Assembly (NCBI GenBank): GCA_963514005.1
Contig: OY740783.1
Span: forward strand, 6,138,001-6,202,000
Reading direction: 5' to 3'
DNA: 64,000 nucleotides
Origin: Raja brachyura
Lineage: Eukaryota
Both the position numbers and the translations under genes were made by a program. The notes beneath the pieces are model-generated. The model made no database searches. It saw nothing but the letters and a program-made list of their open reading frames with translations, and was not told the origin of the DNA. This document shows positions 1 through 11,169 of this stretch, piece after piece. The stretch's first letter is position 1; every line of letters begins with the position of its first letter.

Positions 1-210
1 AGTTGCCTCCTACTCTCCTTGGAATCTTTCTTTCTTTTTGGAATGAAGTGATCCTGTGTCTTCCGGATTTTGCCCAAAAATTCCCGCCATTGCTGTTCCA
101 CCATCATTCCTGCTAGGATCCCTTTCCAGTCTACCTTGGCCTGCTCCTCCCTCATGCATTGATCTACATTGTCCCCTTTGTTCAACTGCATCACTGACAC
201 TTCCCATTTC
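1..210 (-). mobile_element. CR1 LINE ORF2 fragment in the IgM intron upstream of Cmu4
   Basis: Minus strand gives broken MREEQAKVDWKGILAGMMVEQQWREFLGKIRKTQDHFIP, homologous to MRCELAKIDWQVILKGLTVDVQWKVF in the CR1 ORF2 at 30809. Confidence 0.75.
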
Positions 211-302
211 ATACAAATCTTCTCCCGTGCAAAGGGGAGATGCACATTCAGGTGTATATGTCTGAACAAAGAGACGTCACAAAAGGGGAATGTAATACCG
301 TT

Positions 303-1200
303 AATAGGGGGGTTGCACGTAAGGTCACTGGGCTTGATGCACAGAGCCACTCAATCCATCTGGAGGACATCACAGCTTCCGGTACATGTTATTAATGCAA
401 GAAACGCACACTTTCCCACCTGTTCAAAACCGCCAAAATGTTGAATTTTTGCGCTGTAAAAAATTGTGGAAGTCGGGGCAAGCGTGAGGGACACGTACCC
501 AACTTCAGAATTCCAAAGGTGAAGTGAAATGAAGGTAAAGAGAAGCGAGAGCTGAAGGGACAACAACAGCTAAAGTGCTTGGCGAACATTGGCCGTGCAG
601 ATATCAGAATTTTAAAATATTGGGAATTCTCGCGTTTGCTCACTGCATTTCATCAACAGTAAGGCATTATTTGTGGTTTTTCTTGATTCCTTTGGTATCT
701 AAAAAGTCTCAGAAGTGATAAAGCTGGCTGTAAATTTTACTTCAGAGGCGTTTTCTTTTCGTATGTAAAAACCCACTTGAGAACCATGGGCGATTTTAAA
801 ATTTTACTGCCAGATTTATCACTTCGGAAACTTTTTAGATGCCAAAGGAATCAAGAAAAAACACAAATAATGTCTTAGTTGATGAAATACAGTGAGCAAA
901 CGGCCAATGTTCACCAAGCACTCGGACTGTTGTTGTCCCTTTAGCTCTCGCTTCTATCTACCGTCATTTCTCCTCACTTTTGGAATTCTGAAGTAAGCTA
1001 AATGTCTCTCGCGCTTATCCCGATTTCCATAATTATTTACAGCGCAGAAATAGACCATTTCGGTGGGTTTTAACGGGCCCGCCACGCTGGAAACAATGGC
1101 CAGTGCTTACCTGCAGTTCATCGCGTGTACTCCAGTTGGTGTGGAGCGGCGACAGTACGGGTCACGGGTCGTGAGCCGACTGCCGTGAAACCTCCCAAAT
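303..1200. mobile_element. Fold-back (MITE-like) non-autonomous DNA element
   Basis: About 421-740 is the imperfect reverse complement of about 795-1075 (TTTTTCTTGATTCCTTTGGTATCTAAAAAGT vs ACTTTTTAGATGCCAAAGGAATCAAGAAAAA). Weak outer termini GGGGGTTGCACG / CGTGAAACCTCCC. No coding capacity. Confidence 0.65.
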
Positions 1201-1229
1201 AAATAAACGCCATTTGAATTGTCCCATAG

Positions 1230-1621
1230 GTCAACATCTGCTGACACCGTCCGTCTCAGTCCTTCTGCCGCCGACAGAAGAGATCTCCGCGCACAAGACT
1301 ATCACCCTCACCTGCTTTGTGAGAGGATTCTCCCCTCGCAGGGTCTTCGTAACGTGGACGCATGATGACAAGCGGGTGCATTGGAGCAAGTACAAGAACA
1401 CCGAGGTGGTGGCGGAGAACGGCAATGAAACATTCTTCACCTACAGCCTGTTATCCGTTGGGGCAGCGGAGTGGGCTAGCGGAGCCTCCTTCTCCTGTCT
1501 GGTGGGGCACGAAGCACTCCCCATGAAGACCATTGTCAGAACGGTCAATAAGTCTAGCGGTAAACCCAGTTTTGTCAACGTTTCCCTTGTATTGATGGAC
1601 ACTGTCAATTCCTGTCAATAA
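1230..1621 (+). CDS. IGHM: IgM heavy chain last constant exon (Cmu4) plus secretory tailpiece
   Basis: C1-set Ig domain ([32 protein letters not shown]). Tail [20 protein letters not shown] has the NVS glycosylation site and penultimate Cys typical of chondrichthyan IgM. Phase-1 acceptor cccatag|GT at 1229/1230; internal donor AGCG|gtaaac at 1559/1560 for the membrane form. Confidence 0.95.
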
Positions 1622-1648
1622 GAATGAATTAGTTTCAATTTTCTCTGA

Positions 1649-1654
1649 AATAAA
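1649..1654 (+). terminator. Polyadenylation signal of the secreted IgM transcript
   Basis: AATAAA starting 28 nt after the secretory stop codon. Confidence 0.75.
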
Positions 1655-2179
1655 TACTAATACATACATTTAACTTCCAATTTTGAGCTGAACACATGGC
1701 CACCCAATTAATTATATAGAACATTTGCCAAAACGATGATGTTGATACGTGTAAATCTTGCCGACCATTCACGGAAAACGGATGCAGACTGCACACACAG
1801 TAACATCGGGGTTTGGGAGATAAGTCACAGCTGCACGAATAGCGGACTCACTTCAACATTATTGCTCTTGCTGGGTAGATATGGGTCCATGTCTGTGGAT
1901 CTCCATTTCTCTCCTTCTCCTGTTTCCAATCCATTCAGATCCAAGGCAGGATGTGAGACGTCGTAGCAACTCACCCTCTTCCGCCCGCATGAGGGGAACT
2001 TGTAATTTGCCGTGCGTCTGTCACGCATATTTCTGCACACATTTCTATTTCCACATATAGATTGAAATCCACATTCAATGTCTTATTATGTGAACGCCCA
2101 TCTGCACAATCACATGAAACGTTTACATAGTGCCATGTACTCAACATATTTGCACAATTGCACGAGGATTAACAATATA

Positions 2180-2502
2180 AACACACACACAGTCACACAC
2201 ACACTCACGCACATACTAACACACACACACACTTATTTTTTTTCTTCACAAATGCTGATAGATGTTGAAATAGATTTTCTACAACTACGCCTGCATTATA
2301 TGTGCTTACACACGCATGCACATGCACATGCACACGCACACATGCACACACTCACATACGCACCCACTCACACACACACATGCGCACACACACACATTCA
2401 CATGCACAGGCACACATGCACAGGCACACACTCAAAATCACACTCACACGAGCGCACACACACACTCACAGGCACACATACACACAAGCTCATGAACAAG
2501 CA

Positions 2503-2545
<43 letters not shown>
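2180..2545. repeat. Compound (CA)n-rich low-complexity repeat
   Basis: Direct inspection; it generates the spurious His/Thr-rich ORFs. Confidence 0.9.
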
Positions 2546-2547
<2 letters not shown>

Positions 2548-2654
2548 GCCCAAAAAGAAGGAATGAGAGTGGAACCTCCATATATTAATGAAAAGACAAT
2601 GTTATCGCTGAAAGTCTTCAGGAACGCAGAGTCCAAACAGCCGATATCAATGCA

Positions 2655-3010
2655 ATAACCATATAACAATTACAGCACGGAAACAGGCCATCTCGGCCCT
2701 TCAGGTCCGTGCCGAACACTTACTCTCACCTAGTCCCATCTACCTGCACTCAGACCATAACACTCCATTCCTTTCCTGTCCATATACCTATCCAATTTAT
2801 TTTTAGAAACACAGAAAATAGTTGCAGGAGGAGGCCATTCGGCCCTTCGAGCCAGCACCGCCATTCATTGTGATCATGGCTGATCGTCCGCTATCAATAA
2901 CCCGTGCCTGCCTTCTCCCCATATCCCTTGACTCCACTAGCTCCTAGAGCTCTATCCAACTCTCTTAAATCCATCCAGTGATTTGGCCTCCTTTAAATGA
3001 TAAAAATGAA
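2655..3010 (-). mobile_element. Two nested CR1 3' ends (a TTTCTATG-tail family copy at about 2805-2991 inside a TATGGTTA-tail family copy)
   Basis: Outer copy matches 56820-56985 and resumes at TTTAAATGATA after 2991; inner copy matches the 3' UTR at 33611-33810. Confidence 0.8.
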
Positions 3011-3433
3011 AGCAACGTAATGCCAAGTACAACTAAGTGCAACTTGAAAGCTCAGGAATAAAGTGTCACCAGAATAGATTATTCCCATGAAGAAGTGGGC
3101 CGTTTAATTTCGGGTCGAGAATACTGTGGCGCTCACTTAATAAACGGTCATCACCCCTGATAGTGTGTGCAGGCGATTGATGGGATCACCGCTCTGAGCG
3201 GCTGGTGAGAACACGAACTTCGAGCCCAATATCAGATGCAGCGAGGGATTTAATAGAACCCGTCTCAAGCGTTAGACAAGGGCAACTCCGTTTCCAGCGC
3301 TCCCCCAGAAGTACACGGAGCACACTAATCACAAAACATCAGCCAGCGCACAAAAATAAAATAATTTATGGGTCGCATAGAAACATACATAAAACGCAAT
3401 TAACGACATATATACACCATAGCACATGGACAT

Positions 3434-4135
3434 ATAACCATATAACCATATAACAATTACAGCACGGAAACAGGCCTTCTCGGCCCTTCCAGTCCGTGCC
3501 GACCATTTATTTTCCCCTAGTCCCATCTACCTGCACTCAGACCATACCCCTTCATTCCCTTCCCGTCCATATACCTATCCACTTTACTTTTAAATGTTAA
3601 AATCGATCCTGCCTCCACCACTTCTGCTGGAAGATCATTCCACACAGCCACCACTCTCTGAGTAAAGAAGTTCCCCCTCATGTTACCCCTAAACTTCTGT
3701 CCCTTAATTCTCATGTCATGCCCTCTTGTTTGAATCTTCCCTACCCTCAATGGGAAAAGCTTATCCACGTCAACTCTGTCTATCCCTTTCATCATTTTAA
3801 AGACCTCAATCAAGTCCCCCCTTAACCTTCTGCGCTCCAAAGAATAAAGACCTAACTTGTTCAACCTTTCTCTGTAACTTAGTTGCTGGAACCCAGGCAA
3901 CATTCTAATAAATCTCCTATGTACTCTCTCTATTTTGTTGACATCCTTCCTATAATTAGGCGACCAAAATTGTACACCATACTCCAAAATTGGTCTCACC
4001 AATGCCTTGTACAATTTTAACATTACTTCCCTACTCCTGTATTCAATGCTCTCATTTATAAAGGCCAGCACACCAAAAGCTTTCTTTACCACCCTATCTA
4101 CATGCGATTCCACCTTCAGGGAACTATGCACATAC
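3434..4135 (-). mobile_element. 5'-truncated CR1 (TATGGTTA-tail family)
   Basis: ORF 3517-4173 is the CR1 RT C-terminus (LVRPILEYGVQFWSP, LGLYSLERRRLRGDLIE); microsatellite tail present; nearly the same as 62428-63130. Confidence 0.93.
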
Positions 4136-4385
4136 CTAAACAGGCCAGCAATCAAACATTCTGTGAAATGCAAAATAATAGGAACGGTTATCTAAAAGCG
4201 CATATTTACACAAAATAAAACACATGAATACAACACAAATACATTTAGGCGCTCACTTTAATACCAATGGACCTTCACAGCAAATTTCCCATGCCAATAC
4301 ACGGCAGCAGATATATTGACTCATATAATATATTTCTTCTTCACAAATGCTGATTGATGTTGAAATAGATTTTCTACAACTACGC

Positions 4386-5078
4386 NNNNNNNNNNNNNNN
4401 NNNNNNNNNNNNNNNNNNNNNNNNNNNNNNNNNNNNNNNNNNNNNNNNNNNNNNNNNNNNNNNNNNNNNNNNNNNNNNNNNNNNNNNNNNNNNNNNNNNN
4501 NNNNNNNNNNNNNNNNNNNNNNNNNNNNNNNNNNNNNNNNNNNATCACACTCACACGCGCGCACACACTCACATACGCACTCACACACACACACACACAC
4601 TGACATGCACAGGCACACACTCACAATCACACTCACATACACAGGCACACACTCACAATCACACTCAAAATCACACTCACACGCGCACACACACTCACGC
4701 ACACAGGCACACATACACGCAAGCACATGCACACGCACTCACAATCACACTCACATACACAGGCACACACTAACAATTACACTCACACGTGCACACACAC
4801 ACTCACACACACAGGCACACATACACACAAGCACACGCACAAGCANNNNNNNNNNNNNNNNNNNNNNNNNNNNNNNNNNNNNNNNNNNNNNNNNNNNNNN
4901 NNNNNNNNNNNNNNNNNNNNNNNNNNNNNNNNNNNNNNNNNNNNNNNNNNNNNNNNNNNNNNNNNNNNNNNNNNNNNNNNNNNNNNNNNNNNNNNNNNNN
5001 NNNNNNNNNNNNNNNNNNNNNNNNNNNNNNNNNNNNNNNNNNNNNNNNNNNNNNNNNNNNNNNNNNNNNNNNNNNNNN
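4386..5078. other. Two assembly gaps flanking a CA-rich repeat
   Basis: N runs at about 4386-4543 and 4846-5078. Confidence 0.95.
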
Positions 5079-5413
5079 AAAAACTATGTTAGGATTTAAG
5101 CAAACATACTTATACACGTCTACCCAGTTACAGGCAAAGGGAAGGGCAATTCAGATCATTTAACCAGTAGTTTTCCACGCGTTCCAAAAGACTAAGTGTA
5201 ACCGTAGATTAATTCATGCTCCATATTTTACACCAGAAAAAATGTTGCCTATTAAATAGTTTAAAGCTTCCGGTGGCGCTATGCTGGAGTGAGGAGGCAC
5301 GCCAGCCAGCTCCGTGAAAAAAACGGGGAAAAAAACGGGAGATAAAGCCCTGCCTGCTGCCTGCCGTTTCTGCACGAACTGTTGTGAGTGACGTTATCAG
5401 GCACACGACCGTA

Positions 5414-6460
5414 ATGGCAACACAGCGCAGACCACCCGCGGATAAACCCAAACTCAGATATGGAAGACCGAAAACGGCAGAAGAACAAGGCCTGACTGAA
5501 GCACCGGGCTCAGGTAGGACATCCTCCCAGGAATATGTGTCTAAAAAGTTAAATAAAAAATCGGAGATGGAAGAACTTAAAACTTTTTTTACACAAGAAA
5601 TAATAGAGTTAAAATCGGAATTTGCAAAAAAAGAAGATATAGAAAAAATGAAGGAGGAGATGAAAAAGTTAAAGTTTGAAATTAATGCCTCTACTCGGGA
5701 ACTATCTGATAATTTGCGAAAGGAAATTGCAGAAATATTAGCAGAACAAGCTGCAATTGCTGCTGAAGAGATGGACGCTAAAATAAAAAGCAAGCTGGAA
5801 AAGGAGCTGGAACCTATCGAAACTGTACTTAATGAGCAGTCGTCGACCATAAAGGACCTTGAGGAGATAGCCGAAACAAATACTCAGTCTATGAAAGCAC
5901 TCCTGAAAGAAAATCAACGCTTATCTGATCAACTGGGCAAAATAACTGAAAAATGTATCGAGTTGGAAGGGCACCAGCGAAGGCAGAACTTGAGAATCGC
6001 AGGTATTCGAGAAGGGAGAGAATCGAATCAAGATACCCGAGAGTTTACTGCAAATTTACTGCAAAAGGTTTTATCTCTGGATCAGAAACCTTTATTAGCC
6101 CGAGCACACAGAGTAATGAGGCGTTATACAAGACCAGACGCCCCCCCAAGACAAATGATAGTGAAACTCCAGTATGATCATGTTTTGGAGGAGATGATGA
6201 ACAAAATAGTAAGAAGCAGAAACCTCACATTCGAAGGAGACTCTATCAGCATTTATCGAGACTACCCAGCAGAGGTTTCTAAGAAGCGGAATGCGTTCAA
6301 GGAGACCAAAAGAATTCTGAGAGAAGTGAACAACGTGAAGTACACTCTGAGATATCCAGCCACTCTCAGAGTCACCCACAACCAGGAAGAACACTACTTC
6401 AAAAACCCAGCAGAAGCACTGGACTTTGCCAAGAGGATCAAGAGTCAAGAGGAAGACTGA
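5414..6460 (+). CDS. L1 ORF1p (coiled coil, RRM and CTD), open reading frame intact
   Basis: LEGHQRRQNLRIAGIRE, RAHR, PRQMIVKL, IYRDYPAEV, LRYPATLRV motifs; first ATG at 5414. Confidence 0.9.
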   Translation: MATQRRPPADKPKLRYGRPKTAEEQGLTEAPGSGRTSSQEYVSKKLNKKSEMEELKTFFTQEIIELKSEFAKKEDIEKMKEEMKKLKFEINASTRELSDNLRKEIAEILAEQAAIAAEEMDAKIKSKLEKELEPIETVLNEQSSTIKDLEEIAETNTQSMKALLKENQRLSDQLGKITEKCIELEGHQRRQNLRIAGIREGRESNQDTREFTANLLQKVLSLDQKPLLARAHRVMRRYTRPDAPPRQMIVKLQYDHVLEEMMNKIVRSRNLTFEGDSISIYRDYPAEVSKKRNAFKETKRILREVNNVKYTLRYPATLRVTHNQEEHYFKNPAEALDFAKRIKSQEED

Positions 6461-7085
6461 ATGAAAGTTTCTAAGACGAACCTCATTGATAAATAAATCG
6501 TACCCTCACGACTGGAATGGGCTATGGACTTGTGGTACTTAAAGAAGATGGAGAAGGAGGCGGCTTGGAGACTCGGATGGGAGATATGGATTGGACATTC
6601 GTTTATGGATATTAATAATTAGAGTAATAACATTACTAATATTAACTAACAAATACTAAAACATTCGGCGTAGTATTATTACTAATTTACAGCGCGGTAC
6701 TAATACTAATTAAAGTTGATAATCTTCAATCAGGGATTCATATTTACTCATGGCTGATTTAAATAGAATTAGATAATTATTAAGTATAATCATATAGAAT
6801 ATAAAGCTTGATTTTATTTACATCCCATGGTAATTTTTTATTTTTCTCCCCCTTTTTTTATTTTTTAAATTTTTTTTTACTTTTTTATTTTTCCTCCCTT
6901 CTTTTCATTACATTTTATGATATATCTTTAATTTGTTTCAAGTACAGATATTATTATATACTTGAATGATAGACACCGTATACATCAGATTTTATTACTC
7001 CCAGTTAAATATTTTTATGAATTAATAATATTGAGGAGCTGGAAAGATACAAACAACGTCTACGGATGTCCTTAGATTATTAGCC

Positions 7086-7349
7086 ATGTTAGAATGGCTA
7101 ACACTCACTGCACCAATCTTAGATGTAGTTTTTTCTTTCTTTGAGCACTCTTTTAACCTCTTAATCTATCTTTTTTTTAATATCACTTTCTATTATTATT
7201 ATTTTACATTTGAATGGAGTTGTAAATCAAAGCAAAGGAGATATATGCGTGAGCATTACTTAAGGGTCTTGAAATTCATCTATTTGAAGTTCGGGTGTAA
7301 GGCCGGGTATGTCGAGCTGAACCATTTGCTCTATTACAGACCCCCTTAG
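7086..7349 (+). CDS. Candidate small third ORF in the L1 inter-ORF spacer (see findings)
   Basis: 87-aa ORF whose last 46 aa are 29/46 identical, without indels, to the same position in L1 copy B (41139-41279). Confidence 0.5.
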   Translation: MLEWLTLTAPILDVVFSFFEHSFNLLIYLFFNITFYYYYFTFEWSCKSKQRRYMREHYLRVLKFIYLKFGCKAGYVELNHLLYYRPP

Positions 7350-7353
7350 ACAA

Positions 7354-10300
7354 ATGATGCAAGACTTAAAAACGAATATGGGGAATGGAGGAATAACGTT
7401 TTGCAGCTGGAACGTAAAAGGTATTAATGAACCAATTAAGAGAGGTAAAGTATTAGCACACCTAAAAGCACTCAAAACAGATGTGGCATTCATCCAAGAA
7501 ACACATTTAAAAAAAGACACAGAGCATAGATTAAAAGCCAAATGGATTGACAAAGTGTATCATTCTTCTTTTACAAACAAATCAAGAAGCGTAGCAATAT
7601 TAATCCGTAAAGGTACCTTATTTAAACATACTTCAACTATAACAGATAAGGAGGGCAGATATGTTATCATAACAGGAGAATTATATACACAAAAAATGAT
7701 TTTTGTTAACATTTACGGCCCAAATTATGACAGTCCGTCGTTTTTTAGGAAAATACTAAATACTATCCCAGAACTAGTACAATACAATTTAATAATTGGA
7801 GGAGATCTAAATTGTACATTAGATCCTTACTTAGACAGATCATCAAGACAACGGAAAACTAAATCGCTTTCTAGCGATCTAATAAATGCATATATAGATT
7901 CGAGCAACATTATGGATGTTTGGAGAATGGAAAACCCAACGGGACGAGAAAAATTGTTTTACTCATCAGTACATAAAACATACTCAAGAATAGACTTCTT
8001 TCTAGTAGACTAAAAACTTATTCCACTCACTTATAATTCAAAATACCACAATATTATAATTTCAGATCATGCACCATTATCTTTTATGATTAAAATAACT
8101 GGAAAAATGGGGAAGCAGGGACAATGGAGACTCAACCCACAAATTTTAAAGGACAAAACAACTCAAGAATACATTAGAAAACAAATTGAGATCTTCTTTG
8201 AAACAAATGACAAACCAGAAATATCCCCGTTACTACTATGGGAAACTTTTAAAGCATATACACGTGGAATTATGATATCTTCTCAAGCATTCTTTAACAA
8301 AGAGAATCGGAGGATACAGCAGGCATTGGAAAAAGAGATTAAGCAAATAGATATAGAAAACGCTGCTAATCCAACCATGATTAAACATAATAAAATCTCT
8401 GCATTGAAATATAAATTAAATAAAATACAATCAGACCAAGTTGTAAAACTTTATCAATATACAAAACAAATACAATTTGAATTTGGAGATAAACCACAAA
8501 AATTATTTTCTGGTCAATTAAGAAAATTGGAGGGAGAAAAAATAATCCATAGGGTTAAATCAGATACAGGGGAATTATTAACACAAACCAAAGACATTAA
8601 CGAGAGATTTCTGCAATATTATAAAAAATTATATTCAGTCAAAACGATAGAAAATCATATAGGAATAGAAACATTTCTAAAAAATTGTAATTTAAAGGAA
8701 TTAGATATGGAAGACAGAGAATCATTAAACGCTGAAATAACAATTAAAGAAATCGAAGAATCTATTAGGTCATTAAAAAATGGTAAAGCACCAGGACCGG
8801 ATGGAATTGGTTCGGAATTTTATAAAATATTTGATGATTTAATGATACCACGGTTAAAGACACTTTATGAACACATTTATACACAACAGAAATTGCCTGG
8901 AACATTAAATGAATCTATTATTACATTAATACCTAAAGTAGATAAAGATTTGGAGGACCCTGATCATATAAAGCCATAGCTCTTTTAAACACTGATCAAA
9001 AAATATTAACTAAAATATTAGCACGAAGATTAAATATGGTGATCAACAAAATAATACACCCAGGCCAGACTGGATTTATACCAAAACGATACTCTTCATA
9101 TAACCTGAGACGATTATTTAACATTATATACTCGAAAAGAAATACTAGTAAAGACCTAGCAATTATCTCATTAGATGCAGAGAAAGCTTTTGATCAGGTT
9201 GAATGGTCTTATTTATTCTCGGTTTTGGAATCCTTCCAGCTAGGAGAAAAGTTTATAACGTGGGTCAAATTATTATACACCAATCAGACAGCTAGAATAC
9301 AAACAAATCAAATGTTATCAAGTAAATGTAACTTATTCAGAGGCTGTAGACAAGGTTGTCCGCTATCACCACTACTCTCTGCGTTAGCAATAGAACCATT
9401 AGCACAGCGTGTGAGACTATACCCTGAAATATATGGGTATGAAACCAAAGAAACGGAAAATAAAATTTCTTTATACGCAGATGATGTATTACTCTATATT
9501 ACAAAGCCTGAAATTAGTATACCTACCCTGCTAGATTTAATAACTCAATTTGATCTACTCTCAGGATATAGAATTAATTGGAATAAAAGTGAACTTATGT
9601 CAATAATGGAAATAACTCACACATATTACAACGATTCCTTTTACGATAGCAAATGAAAAAATTAAATATCTTGGAATTTATGTAACAAAAAGACATGACT
9701 CTTTATTTAAATCTAATTTCCCACCTTTATTGAATAAATTACTTAAGAATATTCTATATTGGAAAACATTACCTATCTCAATGTTAGGTAAAATAAATGC
9801 GATAAAAATGATCTTTCTCACGCAAGTATTATATTTATTTCAAATGATCCCGATATATCTTCCCAAAAATTTTTTCAAAAAGGTGGATTCTATAATTACA
9901 AATTTTATTTGGGATTATAAGAGCCATAGAATAAATAAGAAACATCTATGTAAAGCAAAAATAAGTGGAGGTTTAGCGTTGCCTAATTTTATGTTTTACT
10001 ATGGGGCAGTTTATATTAAAAATATGAATTTTTGGTTGGAAGAATTAGATATACAGCCGAATTGGTTAAAATTGGAAAAGGAAGACTGCTTACCTTTTGA
10101 AATTAGCTCGATTATATTTGCTAATACCAAATTACATAAAAAAACTTATAGAGGAAACCCAATAATAGAAAATGGGATACGTATTTGGAAACAATTAAAA
10201 AAATTTTTAAAATTGGAATGTATACCACTGGATCTTCATATTGCAAACAATATCACTTTTAAACCCTCTAGGATGGATAAAGGTTTTTCACAATGGAAAA

Positions 10301-11169
10301 ATTATGGAATTAATAAGATACGGGATCTCTCTAGGGAAAACCTTTTTCTTACATTTCAAGAATTACAACAAAAATATGGACTACACTCAAAAGAATATTT
10401 TAGATATTTACAAATTAGAGATTATGTTAAATCAAATACACAAGCATTTAGAAATAGAAAGACAGAAATTCTAGATGAATGTTTAAATAAACATCCAAAC
10501 ACAGAAAAATTAATATCATATATTTATAATATTTTATTGGAAAATGATGCACCACCGTCGGAAATATATAGGCAAGCATGGGAAAGTGAATTAGGACAAT
10601 CAATTAGTTTAGAAGTATGGGAGGAAAGTTTACAACATATACACTACTGTTCATTAAATGCCAGACACTCTCTGATACAATTTAAAATTTTACATAGATT
10701 ACATCTCTCAAAGTCCAAACTAAATAGAATTTTCCCAAATGTTTCTGCTATATGTGACAAATGTCAACACCTAGAAGCCAACCTAACGCATTCATTTACC
10801 AAATGTATTAAAATTACTAATTTTTGGTCGGACATTTTTAAGATAATTTCGAAGGTAGTTAATACAAATCTGTATCCAGATTCTAAATTAATTATATTAG
10901 GTATATTAGAAACTGATCAATCACTAACAACAAAACAACTAATTTTTATCGATTATAGTTTAATAATTGGTAAAAAATTAATACTAAAATTTTGGAAAGG
11001 TCCTACCAACCCCACTATTAAAATGTGGATTAAAGAAATGTCGGAGACACTTCATTTGGAAAGATTAAGACTTGTCCTCTCGGACAGGCTAGATCAGTTT
11101 AGAGGAACATGGTCTCCATTTATTGATTATCTAAGGGGACAAATGGGCTCGGTTCGAGGGCCTGACTGA
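7354..11169 (+). pseudogene. L1 ORF2 (APE endonuclease, RT, C-terminal Cys-rich region), disrupted
   Basis: SWNVKG, QETH, GGDLN, SRIDFF, LDAEKAFD, RGCRQGCPLSP, YADD, CDKC..H..C. Premature TAA at 8011 and frameshifts near 8965 and 9600-9650. Confidence 0.93.

Noticed and set aside
2078-5163. His/Thr-rich ORFs and X-containing ORFs
   Set aside because: Translations of CA repeats and N gaps
5209-5850. 213-aa ORF antisense to L1 ORF1 (ORF0-like?)
   Set aside because: Ser/Phe/Ile-rich mirror of the coiled-coil codons; only a 61-aa counterpart in L1 copy B
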